NCBI GenBank assembly: GCA_965223415.1
Contig: OZ245002.1
Location: 5,088,001-5,152,000 of the forward strand
DNA from: Myxococcota bacterium
GTDB lineage: Bacteria > Myxococcota_A > UBA9160 > UBA6930
Direction: 5' to 3'
Length of the DNA stretch: 64,000 nt
The translations under genes were made by a program, and so were the position numbers. The notes under the pieces were generated by a model that saw only the letters and a program-made list of their open reading frames with translations, was not told the origin of the DNA and did not search any database. Every line of letters begins with the position of its first letter. Position 1 is the stretch's first letter. Shown here in pieces: positions 8,579 to 18,627 of the stretch.

Positions 8579-10747
8579 ATGGCCCAGGCACGACGAGACC
8601 GGCGCGTCCACCGGCTCCCGCTCCGCAGCTTCTTCCTCTCCCTCCCGATCGCCCTGCTGACCGGCGGCGCCTGGGCCGAAGAGCCGGACGTACTGGCGCC
8701 CAGCCCGCCGCCGGAGCCCCCGGTGATCGACGTCCGCGAGGTGACGATCACCACCGGGCGCAGCGAGCAGGATCTCCTCGACGTGCCCGCCCACGTGACC
8801 GTGATCGATCGCGAGACGATCGAGCAGAGCGGCGTGCGGACGGTTCCGGACATCCTGCGGCGCGAGGCCGGGGTCTACGTCCAGAACACCACCACGAATC
8901 CCGAGGGCTTCACGGTGGAGACGCGCGGCTTCAACAACGGCGCGGGCAACGGCGGGCGCACCCTGGTGCTGCTCGACGATCGGCCTCTGAACGAGCCCGG
9001 CTCCGGCAGCGTGGACTGGTCCTTCGTGTCCCTCGACAACATCGAGCGCATCGAAGTCGTGCGCGGGCCGGTGAGTGCCGCCTGGGGAGATCACGCCATC
9101 GGCGGCGTCGTGCACATCATCACTCGCCACCCCACGGAGGACGGGGTCCGCGCGACCTTGCGCGGGCAGTCTGGCACCTACGACCTGGATGCCGGCAGCG
9201 TCTTCCTCGAGGGCAAGGCGGGCGCGGTCTCCGCGACGGCCTTCTTCGACGACTACAAGACGAAGGGCTTCCGCGAACGCGCCGACTTCCGGAACAAGAA
9301 GGGCGAGCTCGACCTTCGCTTCCAGCTCGGAGATCGGGGACAGCTCCGCGTGAAGGGGGGCTACTCGACCTCCCATCGCAAGCGACCCGGCGCCCTGGAG
9401 CAGTTCGAGATCGACGAAGACCGTCGCCAGGCGGAGCCGGGCACCCTCGACGACTTCAACTCCGGGCGTGAGCGCTACGTCGAAGCCGAGCTCGACCTGC
9501 GGCTGACGGACTACCTCACGGTCAACCTCCATCCCTGGCATCGGCGCCTGACGGACCGGGCGGCGCTCTCGAGCTTCTCCAGCTCGGCGTTCTTCGGAAC
9601 GGTCTTCGACACCACGAGCTCCTTCGAGACCGACGGCGAGGGCGACGAGCTCGGCCTCTCGGGCCAGCTCCAGTTCGACTTCGAGCTGCTGGGGCGCCCC
9701 AACCGCCTGCTGATCGGGGGCGACGTCCTCCAGGAGGACGTGGACAACGACAGCCTGTTCCTCTCGACCACCACCTCCACGCCGTCGTTCGGACCGCCCT
9801 CGGTCTTCGAGTCCCGCACGTCGAACCGCGCCCGTCGGAAGACCTGGGGAGCCTTTCTCCAGAACGACCTCGAGATCCACGACCGGGTGTCGCTCTCCTT
9901 CGGCGTGAGGCGAGACCGCATCCGGGTGGCGGGGAGGAACCGCCTGGCCATGGTCGGGATGCAGGCGTTCGAGGCCCGGCAGACCGCCTGGGGGCCCCGA
10001 GCCGGCATCACCGTGCGCCTGACCGAGCCCCTCTCGGTCTACGTGTCCTACACCCGGGGCTATCGCTTCCCCAACCTGAACGAGCTGTTCCGCTTCTTCG
10101 GCACCAACGATCCCCTCCGGCCCGAGAAATCGGACAGCTACGAGGTCGGCTTCAAGCTCCACACGGAACGGGTCACGCTCGACGCCGCCGTCTACTCGAT
10201 GAATGTCCAGGACGAGATCTTCTTCGACCCGTTCGCGGGAACTTTCGGCCAGGACGTCAACCTGCAGCGCGTGCGCCACCGCGGCATCGAGCTGTCGGGA
10301 AGCGTGCGGCCGTGCGGGTGGCTCGAGCTCTACGGGAGTTACACCTACGACGGCACCAAGATCGCGCGGGACAACCTCACCTTCCTCGAGGGCAACCGCA
10401 TCCCCATCACCCCGCGTCACCGCGGCACTGCCGGCGTGCGGCTCCTGCTTCCGTGGGGCTTCGAGGCCGGGCTGAACGGAAACTTCGTCGGAGCCCGCTT
10501 CGCGGCCAATGACCTGCGGGAAGCCGCCCCGAAGCTCGGCAAGTTCGCGAGCTACGACGCGCGCCTGGCCTGGAAAGGCGAGCTCACCGAATGGCTCGAG
10601 GTCGGGGCCGACTTCACGGTGCACAACCTCACGAACCGTCGCTACGTCGAGAACGGTGGCTTCAGCACGTTCTTCGGGACGGTCGGCTTCTTCCCCTCTC
10701 CGGACCGGCACTACGCAGCCGGCATCCGCATCACCCTGAGGCGCTGA
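8579..10747 (+). CDS. TonB-dependent receptor, probable cobalamin receptor (BtuB-like)
   Basis: Signal peptide, TonB-box-like EVTIT, plug motif NIERIEVVRGPVSAAWG and LRPEKSDSYEVG; B12 riboswitch upstream. Confidence 0.9.
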   Translation: MAQARRDRRVHRLPLRSFFLSLPIALLTGGAWAEEPDVLAPSPPPEPPVIDVREVTITTGRSEQDLLDVPAHVTVIDRETIEQSGVRTVPDILRREAGVYVQNTTTNPEGFTVETRGFNNGAGNGGRTLVLLDDRPLNEPGSGSVDWSFVSLDNIERIEVVRGPVSAAWGDHAIGGVVHIITRHPTEDGVRATLRGQSGTYDLDAGSVFLEGKAGAVSATAFFDDYKTKGFRERADFRNKKGELDLRFQLGDRGQLRVKGGYSTSHRKRPGALEQFEIDEDRRQAEPGTLDDFNSGRERYVEAELDLRLTDYLTVNLHPWHRRLTDRAALSSFSSSAFFGTVFDTTSSFETDGEGDELGLSGQLQFDFELLGRPNRLLIGGDVLQEDVDNDSLFLSTTTSTPSFGPPSVFESRTSNRARRKTWGAFLQNDLEIHDRVSLSFGVRRDRIRVAGRNRLAMVGMQAFEARQTAWGPRAGITVRLTEPLSVYVSYTRGYRFPNLNELFRFFGTNDPLRPEKSDSYEVGFKLHTERVTLDAAVYSMNVQDEIFFDPFAGTFGQDVNLQRVRHRGIELSGSVRPCGWLELYGSYTYDGTKIARDNLTFLEGNRIPITPRHRGTAGVRLLLPWGFEAGLNGNFVGARFAANDLREAAPKLGKFASYDARLAWKGELTEWLEVGADFTVHNLTNRRYVENGGFSTFFGTVGFFPSPDRHYAAGIRITLRR

Positions 10748-10749
10748 TC

Positions 10750-11166
10750 ATGGGACACGGGCTCGCACTGCTCTCGATCGGAATCGCGCTCCTCGCCGCC
10801 GCGATCAGCTACGCCGAGGCCGCCTCGACCTCCCGGCCGCTGGTGAAGCCGGAGCACGTCGACGCCATGCCCTCAGGCCCGAGCGCCCTGGCCCGCATCG
10901 AGGAGATCCGGCGCCGGGTGCAGGAGGCGGTCGTCTACCCGAAGGAGGCACGGCGGCGCGGCATCGAAGGCACGGCCCGCATCCAGTTCCTGGTGGGGGC
11001 GGACGGTCGGGCCACGGAGGTCTCGACGGTCGAGAGCTCCGGGAGCGCGCTCCTCGATGCGGCGGCCGAGCGCGGCGCCCGGGAGGCGGCCCCCCTGCCC
11101 TACGTGTTCGGTCGCTTGCGGATCCCGGTGGTCTTCCAGGTCACGAGCGTCGGACCGTCTCGCTAG
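10750..11166 (+). CDS. tonB: Short energy transducer TonB (C-terminal domain)
   Basis: YPKEARRRGIEG...SSGSALLDAAA; N-terminal TM; ATG 2 nt after the receptor stop. Confidence 0.85.
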   Translation: MGHGLALLSIGIALLAAAISYAEAASTSRPLVKPEHVDAMPSGPSALARIEEIRRRVQEAVVYPKEARRRGIEGTARIQFLVGADGRATEVSTVESSGSALLDAAAERGAREAAPLPYVFGRLRIPVVFQVTSVGPSR

Positions 11167-13115
11167 GAGGGCGAGCCCGAGCGCAGCGCCTTCTCGACCT
11201 TCTCGATCAGCGTCTTCATGGGGGCAGGCTTGCGGAGGACCCCGGCCAGCCCCGCGCCGCGGAAACGTGCCATCAGCTCCTCTTCCGCGAAGCCGCTGTT
11301 CAGGATGACCCGAACGTCGCTGCGAATCTCCTGGAGCTGCGCGAAGGCCTCTTCCCCGCCGAGCTTCGGCATGTTGAGATCGAGCAGGACGCAATCGAAG
11401 CCGTCCGGATCGCTTCGGAAGGCGTCGACGGCCTGCTGGCCGTCTTCGACCTCCACGACGCGGTAGCCCGCCGTCTCGAGCATCGCTACGAGGACGACCC
11501 GCACGGCCTTCTCGTCCTCGGCCACGAGGATCCGCCTGGCCTTCGGTGCCCCGGCAGACGACGCCGCGCTCGCCGGGTCTCGTGGGTCCAGCGGCGTGAT
11601 CGGTAGCCAGACGGTGAAGGTCGTGCCGCTCCCCAGCTGGCTCTCGACCGAAATCGCGCCCTTGTGGGATTTCACGATTCCCAGGACCGCCGCCAGGCCG
11701 AGGCCATGGCCGGTGCGCTTCGTGGTGAAGAAGGGATCGAAGATCTTCGCGATCGTCTCCGGGCCCATGCCCTCGCCGGAGTCGCCCACCTGAACGCGGA
11801 TGTAGTCGCCCGGGCTCAACCGCGGGAAGGAGCCGATCTCCTGGACCTCTTCCGGGCCCAGCCGGACCGCCCGGGTGCCGACCACGATCTGCCCGGCCTC
11901 GTCCCCGATCGCGTCCGAGGCGTTCGTCATCAGGTTCATGAAGACCTGGCGGAGATGACTCTGGTCACCGAATACCCCGATCGGCGCGTCATGCATCTCG
12001 AAGGACATCGACACCTTCTTCGAGAGCGCGGCCATCATGAGGTCGCCGAGCTCCTTCACCAGGAGGCTGCAGTCGAGCACCTCCTTCGAGCTGGAGCCCC
12101 GACCCGCGTAGGCCAATATCTGCTTGCACAGATCGGACGCCGCCTCGCAGGTGGACACGATCGTGTCGAGGTTCGAGCGGGCCGGCGAATCCTCCGGGAG
12201 GGTGAACGATGCAAGCTCCGCGTTGCCCATCACCGCGGCCATCAGGTTGTTGAAGTCGTGGGCGACGCCGCCGGCGAGCACGCCGATCGCCTCGGCCTTG
12301 GTCGCCTCACGGAGCTGCTCTGCCATCCGGTCGTGCTCGATCGCCAGGCCGACCATGCGTGCCGCGATCTCCAGCAGCTCCATGTCGAAGGGCCCGGGCG
12401 CTGCAGGCTCGTCCTTGTAGAGTGCCATCGCGCCGAGGACCTCATCCCCGGTGGCGCCGGTGACCGGGACGGACCAGCACGCCGACACGCCGGCGATCTT
12501 CGCGGCTTCGCGCAGATCCTTCCACAGCGGGTCCTCGTAGATGTTCTCCACGACGACTGGCACGTTCCAGTACGCGGCGGTGCCGCAAGAGCCGACGGTG
12601 GGCCCGATCCGGAGCCCCTGGACCGCCCGGTTGTACTCCGGCGGCATGCTGGGGCCTGCACCCACGGACACGTGCTCGCCGTCCGACTCGACCAACAGGA
12701 TCGACGATCGGCATCCGTCCACCTTCGACTCGACGATGCGGACCATCGTTTCGAGGGTCTCGGTGAGCGAGCTCTTCGACCGGGACGGGGCCTCCGACAG
12801 ATCGACCGAGGCCTGGTGGGTGCGATGGGACTGGGCCAGGGCGACGACCCGGCCGTCGTCGGTGCGTACGCGCCAACGCAGCGTCCTCCACTCGCGGTCC
12901 CGCGTCTGGTGCCGCGCGAGGAGCTCACCTTCTCCGCTCTCGAGGGCTCGTCGTAGCGCGGCTCGATCGTCGGGATGCACCCACTCGATCAGCGGCCTGG
13001 CGACGAGGTCCTCGACCCGGAGCCCGTACTCGGCCGTGAACGACGGGTTGATGCGCGGGGCTTCGCCCGGCTCGGTAGATCGGAGCAGCATGGGCTGTCG
13101 GGAGACGGATGCCAT
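11163..13115 (-). CDS. Cytoplasmic hybrid sensor kinase PAS-GAF-HisKA-HATPase-REC
   Basis: VHPDDR (PAS), GSCGTAAY (GAF), AHDFNN H-box, FDPFFTTK and GHGLGLA, and REC LLDLNMP. Confidence 0.9.
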   Translation of the reverse strand: MASVSRQPMLLRSTEPGEAPRINPSFTAEYGLRVEDLVARPLIEWVHPDDRAALRRALESGEGELLARHQTRDREWRTLRWRVRTDDGRVVALAQSHRTHQASVDLSEAPSRSKSSLTETLETMVRIVESKVDGCRSSILLVESDGEHVSVGAGPSMPPEYNRAVQGLRIGPTVGSCGTAAYWNVPVVVENIYEDPLWKDLREAAKIAGVSACWSVPVTGATGDEVLGAMALYKDEPAAPGPFDMELLEIAARMVGLAIEHDRMAEQLREATKAEAIGVLAGGVAHDFNNLMAAVMGNAELASFTLPEDSPARSNLDTIVSTCEAASDLCKQILAYAGRGSSSKEVLDCSLLVKELGDLMMAALSKKVSMSFEMHDAPIGVFGDQSHLRQVFMNLMTNASDAIGDEAGQIVVGTRAVRLGPEEVQEIGSFPRLSPGDYIRVQVGDSGEGMGPETIAKIFDPFFTTKRTGHGLGLAAVLGIVKSHKGAISVESQLGSGTTFTVWLPITPLDPRDPASAASSAGAPKARRILVAEDEKAVRVVLVAMLETAGYRVVEVEDGQQAVDAFRSDPDGFDCVLLDLNMPKLGGEEAFAQLQEIRSDVRVILNSGFAEEELMARFRGAGLAGVLRKPAPMKTLIEKVEKALRSGSPS

Positions 13116-13203
13116 GCCGGAGTGTATCGGCCCCCCGTCGGAATCGCTGACGGAGTTCTCGGCACCAGTGCGTGCTCTTCGGAGTGCGCGTAGGGTAAAC
13201 GCT

Positions 13204-14244
13204 CTAGAGATCCCGCCGGGTCGAGACCCCACTGGTGGCCCCGCGGGCCTTCGAGGCCAGGAGCGCCGCGAGGAGCAGGAGCGCCACCCCGGGCTCGGGC
13301 AGGACGAGACGCAGGGCGAAGGCCGTTGCGGGTGCGTTCCCGCCGCCGTCGCTCACCAGCACCAGGCTGAGGTCGCCGCCCGAGAGCGTGGGCCCCAGGC
13401 CGACGCCCTCGACGTTGAGGCTTCCCGTGATCCGGCTCCACAGCAGCGTCTTGCCGACGCCCTGGAAGCTGGCTCCTGCCAGGCCCGCGAGCCCGCTCAC
13501 GTCGGTCGCACCCGTGAAGTCCGCGAGGAACAGACGCGCCTCGAAGCCCCCGGGCCCGATGCCCCGCTCCAGGACGAGGAGCTCGCCGGTGGGCAAGGCC
13601 ACGAGATCGACCACGCCGGCCACGAAGCCCCGCGGCTCGGTCTGGTAGGCCCACTGTCCCGTCGGGTTGCCGAGGCCGTCGAAGCGCTGGATCCGTACCC
13701 AGGTGCCGGTGGTGAAGTCCGCATCCGGGCCGTCGCCGAGGAGCGAGGCCTCGTTGGCGGTCCAGAAGGCGGAGCCGTCGGGAGCCAGGGTGAGGGACTC
13801 GAGGCCGAGGTTGGTGCGCACCTGGCCATAGACCGAAGGCAGCAGGATCGAGCCGGTCTGGGCGCCGGTGAGCGGATCATGCTCGCGGATCGCCGGACCG
13901 ACTTCGTCGGAGACCCAGACCCGTCCGCTGCCCGCGTGCCAGGCCACACCCTCCAGGTCGACCCCGTTCTGCAGCACCACCGGCGTCGCCGCCGTGGCAC
14001 TGGTGACGAAGCCGGTCGCCGGATCGATGGCGACGGTCAAGGGGTGAAGGGTGGCGCCGGAATCGGCGACGGCGAGGAACTGGCCGCCTCCGGTGTGGGC
14101 GATCCCCGAGAGCTCCGCGTTGCCCGCCCCGGTGACGGTGACCGGCGTCTGACCCGGATCGATCACGCTGAGGGCGTGCACCGCCGCAGGAGAGAGCAGG
14201 ACCCACAGGAGGAGAAAGGCCAGCGGGCTGCGGAGAGAAGGCAT
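13204..14244 (-). CDS. Secreted 'esterase-like activity of phytase' beta-propeller protein with PEP-CTERM-like tail
   Basis: Signal peptide, ELSGI, DLEG, VSDE and NLGLESL motifs; C-terminal LPEPGVALLLLAALLASKAR. Confidence 0.75.
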   Translation of the reverse strand: MPSLRSPLAFLLLWVLLSPAAVHALSVIDPGQTPVTVTGAGNAELSGIAHTGGGQFLAVADSGATLHPLTVAIDPATGFVTSATAATPVVLQNGVDLEGVAWHAGSGRVWVSDEVGPAIREHDPLTGAQTGSILLPSVYGQVRTNLGLESLTLAPDGSAFWTANEASLLGDGPDADFTTGTWVRIQRFDGLGNPTGQWAYQTEPRGFVAGVVDLVALPTGELLVLERGIGPGGFEARLFLADFTGATDVSGLAGLAGASFQGVGKTLLWSRITGSLNVEGVGLGPTLSGGDLSLVLVSDGGGNAPATAFALRLVLPEPGVALLLLAALLASKARGATSGVSTRRDL

Positions 14245-14271
14245 CCTACCTGGAGGTGGCCCTCGGCGCGG

Positions 14272-15144
14272 CTAGGTGGCAACCGAGACACGCTCGAGGT
14301 GGACCTCCAGGGCTTCCTGCCAGGCCTCGGGGCTCTCGTTCTGGGGCTGGTGGGCGGCCCCGGGCAGGGTCACGAGCACGGCGCCCGGGATCTCCGCCGC
14401 CAGGACCTCGCTCGGGCCGAGGAAGGGATCGTCCTCGGCGCCAACCATCACGAGGGTGGGACAGCCGATCTCGCCGAGGCGGGCCTCCAGGCAAGGCGCC
14501 TCCGCCATCGCCCGCCCGAGGGCGGCGTAGGCCTCCGGGTCCATCGCTTCGATGCGCTCGCTTCGCCAGCGCCAGAAGCGGTCGGCGCCCCACTCGGCCT
14601 CGACACGCCGGTCGGCATCGCTGCGGTCCCGGTCGTCGCGGGCGCGGGCGCGCAGGATCTGGGCGAGGCTCGCCATCCCGGCCTCGCGGCCCACCCGCGC
14701 GGCGGTCTCCAGCAGCTCGAGCTGGATCCACGAGAGCGGGCGGGCGGCGGTGTCCATCAGCACGAGAGAGGCCACCCGGTCCGGGTGAGCGAGCGCGATC
14801 CGCAGGGCCAGCATGCCGCCCATCGAGTGGCCCAGCAGGTCGCACGGCGCGGCGTCTACCGCGACGAGCCAATCGGCGAGCAGGCCGGCCAGGCGGTCGA
14901 GGCCGTACTCGGCCGGCGCCAGCCGCGCCGACACGCCATGGCCTGGGAGATCCGGCACGAGCACCCGCCGCTGCCGGGCGAGGGCGGGGATCCTGCCCTC
15001 GAAGTCTTTCCAATGGCCGGTGTAGCCGTGGACGAGGACGAGGGGCCGGCCGCGTGGACCGGAGTTTCGCCCCCCGACGTCCAGGTGGGTGATCTCGACT
15101 CCGTCGACCGCGGTCTGGCGGAAGGCGTCGGTCCCCGGCCGCAT
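14272..15144 (-). CDS. Alpha/beta fold hydrolase
   Basis: VLVHG, DLPGHG and GHSMGG motifs, with catalytic Asp/His (AAHQP). Confidence 0.88.
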   Translation of the reverse strand: MRPGTDAFRQTAVDGVEITHLDVGGRNSGPRGRPLVLVHGYTGHWKDFEGRIPALARQRRVLVPDLPGHGVSARLAPAEYGLDRLAGLLADWLVAVDAAPCDLLGHSMGGMLALRIALAHPDRVASLVLMDTAARPLSWIQLELLETAARVGREAGMASLAQILRARARDDRDRSDADRRVEAEWGADRFWRWRSERIEAMDPEAYAALGRAMAEAPCLEARLGEIGCPTLVMVGAEDDPFLGPSEVLAAEIPGAVLVTLPGAAHQPQNESPEAWQEALEVHLERVSVAT

Positions 15145-15148
15145 GGCG

Positions 15149-15733
15149 CTACCAGGCCGCGCTGTGCAGGCGGGGCTCGCCCGGGGCTTCGGCGAGCACG
15201 GCGGCCTCGTGAGCGGTCACCTCTTCGAGCCGTGCCGCCACCTCGCCGGGCGGGGCGAGCCGGCAGGCCAGATCGACGTACACACCATGGTGGCGTGCCT
15301 CGGCGTTTCGCAGGCCGCGGTAGAAGCGGCCGAGGGGCGTCTCGCCGAGGGCCTCGGCCAGGAGCCCCAAACGCTCGCAGCTGCGCGCCTCGATCACCGC
15401 CGAGCACAGGAGCGTGTCGAGCAGGCGGTCGGGCTCGGCGTCCCGCACGATCCGCCGCAAGCGCCCGGCGTAGGCACTGGGCCGCTGGCGCCGGTAGGTC
15501 AGGCCGTGCCGGCCGAGCCAGCCCAGCACCTCCTCGAAGTGCGCGAGCTCCTCCCGCGCCAGGGCCGCCAGCGGCTCCATCAGGAAGGGGTGCTCGGGAT
15601 ACTGGAAGATCAGCCGCAGGGCCACGCCCGCAGCCTTCTTCTCGCAATGGGCGTGGTCGAGGAGCACCCCGGGCAGATCCCGGAGCATCGCCTCGCCCCA
15701 GGCGGGATCGGTCACGGAGGCGAGCTTCAGCAT
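15149..15733 (-). CDS. miaE: tRNA-(ms2io6A37) hydroxylase MiaE
   Basis: LLDHAHCEKKAA, REELAHF, IEARSCER and EARH di-iron motifs. Confidence 0.92.
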   Translation of the reverse strand: MLKLASVTDPAWGEAMLRDLPGVLLDHAHCEKKAAGVALRLIFQYPEHPFLMEPLAALAREELAHFEEVLGWLGRHGLTYRRQRPSAYAGRLRRIVRDAEPDRLLDTLLCSAVIEARSCERLGLLAEALGETPLGRFYRGLRNAEARHHGVYVDLACRLAPPGEVAARLEEVTAHEAAVLAEAPGEPRLHSAAW

Positions 15734-15741
15734 CCCGGCCC

Positions 15742-15835
15742 GATCGTCCTGGTGGCCGGCTTCGGCGTCCGGTCGAGGATCGTCATGGTGGCCGGCTTCG
15801 GCGTCCGGTCGAGGATCGTCATGGTGGCCGGCTTC
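15742..15835. repeat. 36-bp tandem repeat, about 2.6 copies
   Basis: GATCGTC(C/A)TGGTGGCCGGCTTCGGCGTCCGGTCGAG at 15742 and 15778, partial copy at 15814. Confidence 0.9.
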
Positions 15836-15886
15836 TGCACGCGAGCGGAATATAATGGTGGTCCCGTCTCACGCGAAGGGAGCCCG

Positions 15887-17428
15887 ATGTACCCCGCCGT
15901 CCACGCCGAGAAGACCCCCGACAAGCCCGCCTTCATCATGGCCGGGAGCGGCCGGGTCGTGACCTACCGGGAGCTGAACGACCGCTCCAACCAGGGCGCC
16001 CAGCTCTTCCACGCCCTGGGGCTGCGCCGCGGCGACCACATCGCCTTCTGCATGGAGAACAACGAGGAGTTCTTCCCGCTGGCGTGGGCCGCCCAGCGCA
16101 GCGGGCTCTACTTCACGGCGATCAGCTCGCGGCTCACGGCGCCGGAGGTCGAGTACATCATCGACGACTGCCAGGCGAAGGTCTTCGTCACCTCCGAGGC
16201 GAAGGCCGAGATCGGCGCGGGGCTGGCGGGGGCGTGCCCGAACCTCGTCGGCCGGTACATGGTGGGAGCCCCGGTCTCCGGTTTCGACTCCTGGGAGGAG
16301 GCGCTCGCGGGCCAGCCCGCCACGGCCTTGGCCGAGGAGTGGGAGGGCGCCGCGATGCTCTACTCCTCGGGCACCACCGGCCGGCCCAAGGGAGTGAAGC
16401 ATCCGCTGCCCGACGCGCCGGCCGGGACGGCGCCGGCGTTGGCCGCCGGGGTGATGGCGCTGTACGGCGGCTCCGAAGGGGCGATCTACCTCTCGCCGGC
16501 CCCGCTCTATCACGCGGCGCCTCTCGGCTTCACCATGGCGTTCCTGCGCCTCGGCGCCACGGTGATCGTGATGGAGCAGTTCGACGCGCTCGAGTCGCTC
16601 CGGCTGATCGAGGAGCACCGCGCCACGCACAGTCAGTGGGTGCCGACGATGTTCGTGCGCATGCTGAAGCTCCCCGAAGAGGATCGCGCCCGCTACGACG
16701 TCTCCAGCCTGCAGTACGCGATCCACGCCGCTGCGCCCTGCCCCATCCCCGTGAAGGAGCAGATGATCGAGTGGTGGGGCCCGGTCATCCACGAGTACTA
16801 CGCCGGCACCGAGGGGAACGGCTTCTGCATCATCAACTCGGAGGATTGGCTCACACACAAGGGCTCCGTCGGCCGTCCCACCAACGCGGTGGTGCACATC
16901 CTCGACGAGGACTTCAAGGACCTCCCGCCCGGCGAGGAAGGCGGCATCTACTTCGAGAGCGACGTCGAGTTCGAGTACCACAACGCTCCGGAGAAGACGG
17001 CGGACTCGCGCAGCCCCCAGGGCTACACGACCCTCGGCGACGTCGGCTACGTCGACGAGGACGGCTGGCTCTACCTGACGGACCGCAAGGCCCACATGAT
17101 CATCTCTGGCGGCGTCAACATCTACCCGCAGGAGACCGAGAACGCGCTCATCACCCACCCGAAGGTCGCCGACGTCGCGGTGATCGGGGTACCGAACGAG
17201 GACTTCGGCGAAGAGGTGAAGGCCGTCGTCCAGCTCGTCGACATGGATGACGCCGAGCCGGCGCTAGCCCAGGAGCTGATGGAGTGGTGCCGCGAGCGCA
17301 TCTCCCACGTGAAGTGCCCGCGCTCGGTGGACTTCGAGGCCGAGCTGCCTCGCCACCCGACGGGCAAGCTCTACAAGCGGCTGCTCAAGGACCGCTACTG
17401 GGGCAAGAAGGACAGCCGGATCGTCTGA
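15887..17428 (+). CDS. Acyl-CoA synthetase (AMP-binding)
   Basis: YSSGTTGRPKG, EYYAGTEG and IISGGVNIYPQE motifs; a perfect TATAAT at 15851 and a GAAGGGAG RBS. Confidence 0.92.
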   Translation: MYPAVHAEKTPDKPAFIMAGSGRVVTYRELNDRSNQGAQLFHALGLRRGDHIAFCMENNEEFFPLAWAAQRSGLYFTAISSRLTAPEVEYIIDDCQAKVFVTSEAKAEIGAGLAGACPNLVGRYMVGAPVSGFDSWEEALAGQPATALAEEWEGAAMLYSSGTTGRPKGVKHPLPDAPAGTAPALAAGVMALYGGSEGAIYLSPAPLYHAAPLGFTMAFLRLGATVIVMEQFDALESLRLIEEHRATHSQWVPTMFVRMLKLPEEDRARYDVSSLQYAIHAAAPCPIPVKEQMIEWWGPVIHEYYAGTEGNGFCIINSEDWLTHKGSVGRPTNAVVHILDEDFKDLPPGEEGGIYFESDVEFEYHNAPEKTADSRSPQGYTTLGDVGYVDEDGWLYLTDRKAHMIISGGVNIYPQETENALITHPKVADVAVIGVPNEDFGEEVKAVVQLVDMDDAEPALAQELMEWCRERISHVKCPRSVDFEAELPRHPTGKLYKRLLKDRYWGKKDSRIV

Positions 17429-18627
17429 TGGCGCGCATCGGACGCTACGACAACCCCTACGAGGTGGCCGAGTGGCACCGCGCGCCACCGCCCGGAACGG
17501 GTTGCGAGCCGGTCAAGCTCGTCACCGACGACCGGGCGATCGCCCACGGCTGGCTCTACGCCCGCGGCGGCGAGGAGACCGTCGTCTGCCTGATGCACCC
17601 GCGGGCCAACTTCTCGCGACACTACGTCGTGCCGGGCCTGGTCGCAGCGGGCTTCGCGGTCTTCTGCGAGAACAGCCGCTGGCTGAACAATGACGCAACC
17701 CTCGTGCACGAGCGGGTGCTGCTCGACGTGGCGGCGGGCGTGCGCCACGTGCGCGAGCGCTTCGATCGCGTGATCCTGCTCGGCAACTCCGGCGGCGGCT
17801 CCCTCTTCACCTTCTACCTGAGCCAAGCCCTCGCGCCGGAGGGCGGTCGCCTCACCGAGACCGCCTTCGGCGAGCCCCTCGACCTGAACGCCCACGAAAT
17901 GCCCGCTGCCGACGCCATGGCCTATGTCGCCGCCCATCCCGGCGAGGGCCACTACCTGCTCCACGCGATCGACCCCTCGGTCGCCGAGGAAGGCGACCCG
18001 GTCTCCTGCGATCCGTCCCTCGATCTCTACGATCCGGCCAACGGCTTCGCGCCACCGCCGCGGGGGAGCCGCTACGACGAGGCCTTCCTCGCGCGCTACC
18101 GCGCCGGGCAGCAGGCGCGGATCGAGCGTCTCGACGCCATCGCCCGAGAGCGGCTGGCCCGCAAGCGGGCCGCCCAGGAGCGTGGCGATGCCCGGGCCGC
18201 CATGGCCACGGACTTCATGCTCGTCTACCGCACCGATGCGGACCCACGCTACATCGATCTCTCCCTGGATCCCTCGGAGCGGGACTACGGCTCGCTCTGG
18301 GGGCGCCGGCCGGACCTGATCAACTACGGGCCGGTGGGCTTCAGCCGGGTGGTCTCCCCGGAGGCGTGGCTCTCGACCTGGTCCGGAACGAGCTCCCAGG
18401 CGGAGATCGCCACCACCGGCGCGCGCATGACCCTGCCGGCCCTCGTGGTCGACTACCGCGGGGACAATGCGATCTTCCCCTCCGACACCGAGCTCATCGC
18501 GTCCTCCCTCGCCAGCCCCGAGGTCGTGCGCCGCAGCCTGCCCGGCGATCACTACGGCTTCCCGGCCGAGAAGGGGCGCGACGGCGCGGTGGAAGAGGTG
18601 GTCGCCTGGCTGCGAGGTCTGTCGTGA
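17428..18627 (+). CDS. Alpha/beta hydrolase
   Basis: GNSGGG nucleophile elbow and C-terminal GDH; TGATG coupling. Confidence 0.8.
   Translation: MARIGRYDNPYEVAEWHRAPPPGTGCEPVKLVTDDRAIAHGWLYARGGEETVVCLMHPRANFSRHYVVPGLVAAGFAVFCENSRWLNNDATLVHERVLLDVAAGVRHVRERFDRVILLGNSGGGSLFTFYLSQALAPEGGRLTETAFGEPLDLNAHEMPAADAMAYVAAHPGEGHYLLHAIDPSVAEEGDPVSCDPSLDLYDPANGFAPPPRGSRYDEAFLARYRAGQQARIERLDAIARERLARKRAAQERGDARAAMATDFMLVYRTDADPRYIDLSLDPSERDYGSLWGRRPDLINYGPVGFSRVVSPEAWLSTWSGTSSQAEIATTGARMTLPALVVDYRGDNAIFPSDTELIASSLASPEVVRRSLPGDHYGFPAEKGRDGAVEEVVAWLRGLS

Noticed and set aside
15742..15835. 36-bp repeats as a CRISPR array
   Set aside because: The units are directly adjacent with no spacers, and there are no cas genes.
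12541..15855. 1104-aa + strand ORF and other long antisense ORFs (1011-3728, 8129-10711, 30383-32569, 50072-52171)
   Set aside because: Shadow frames of real opposite-strand genes in high-GC DNA, with no motifs.
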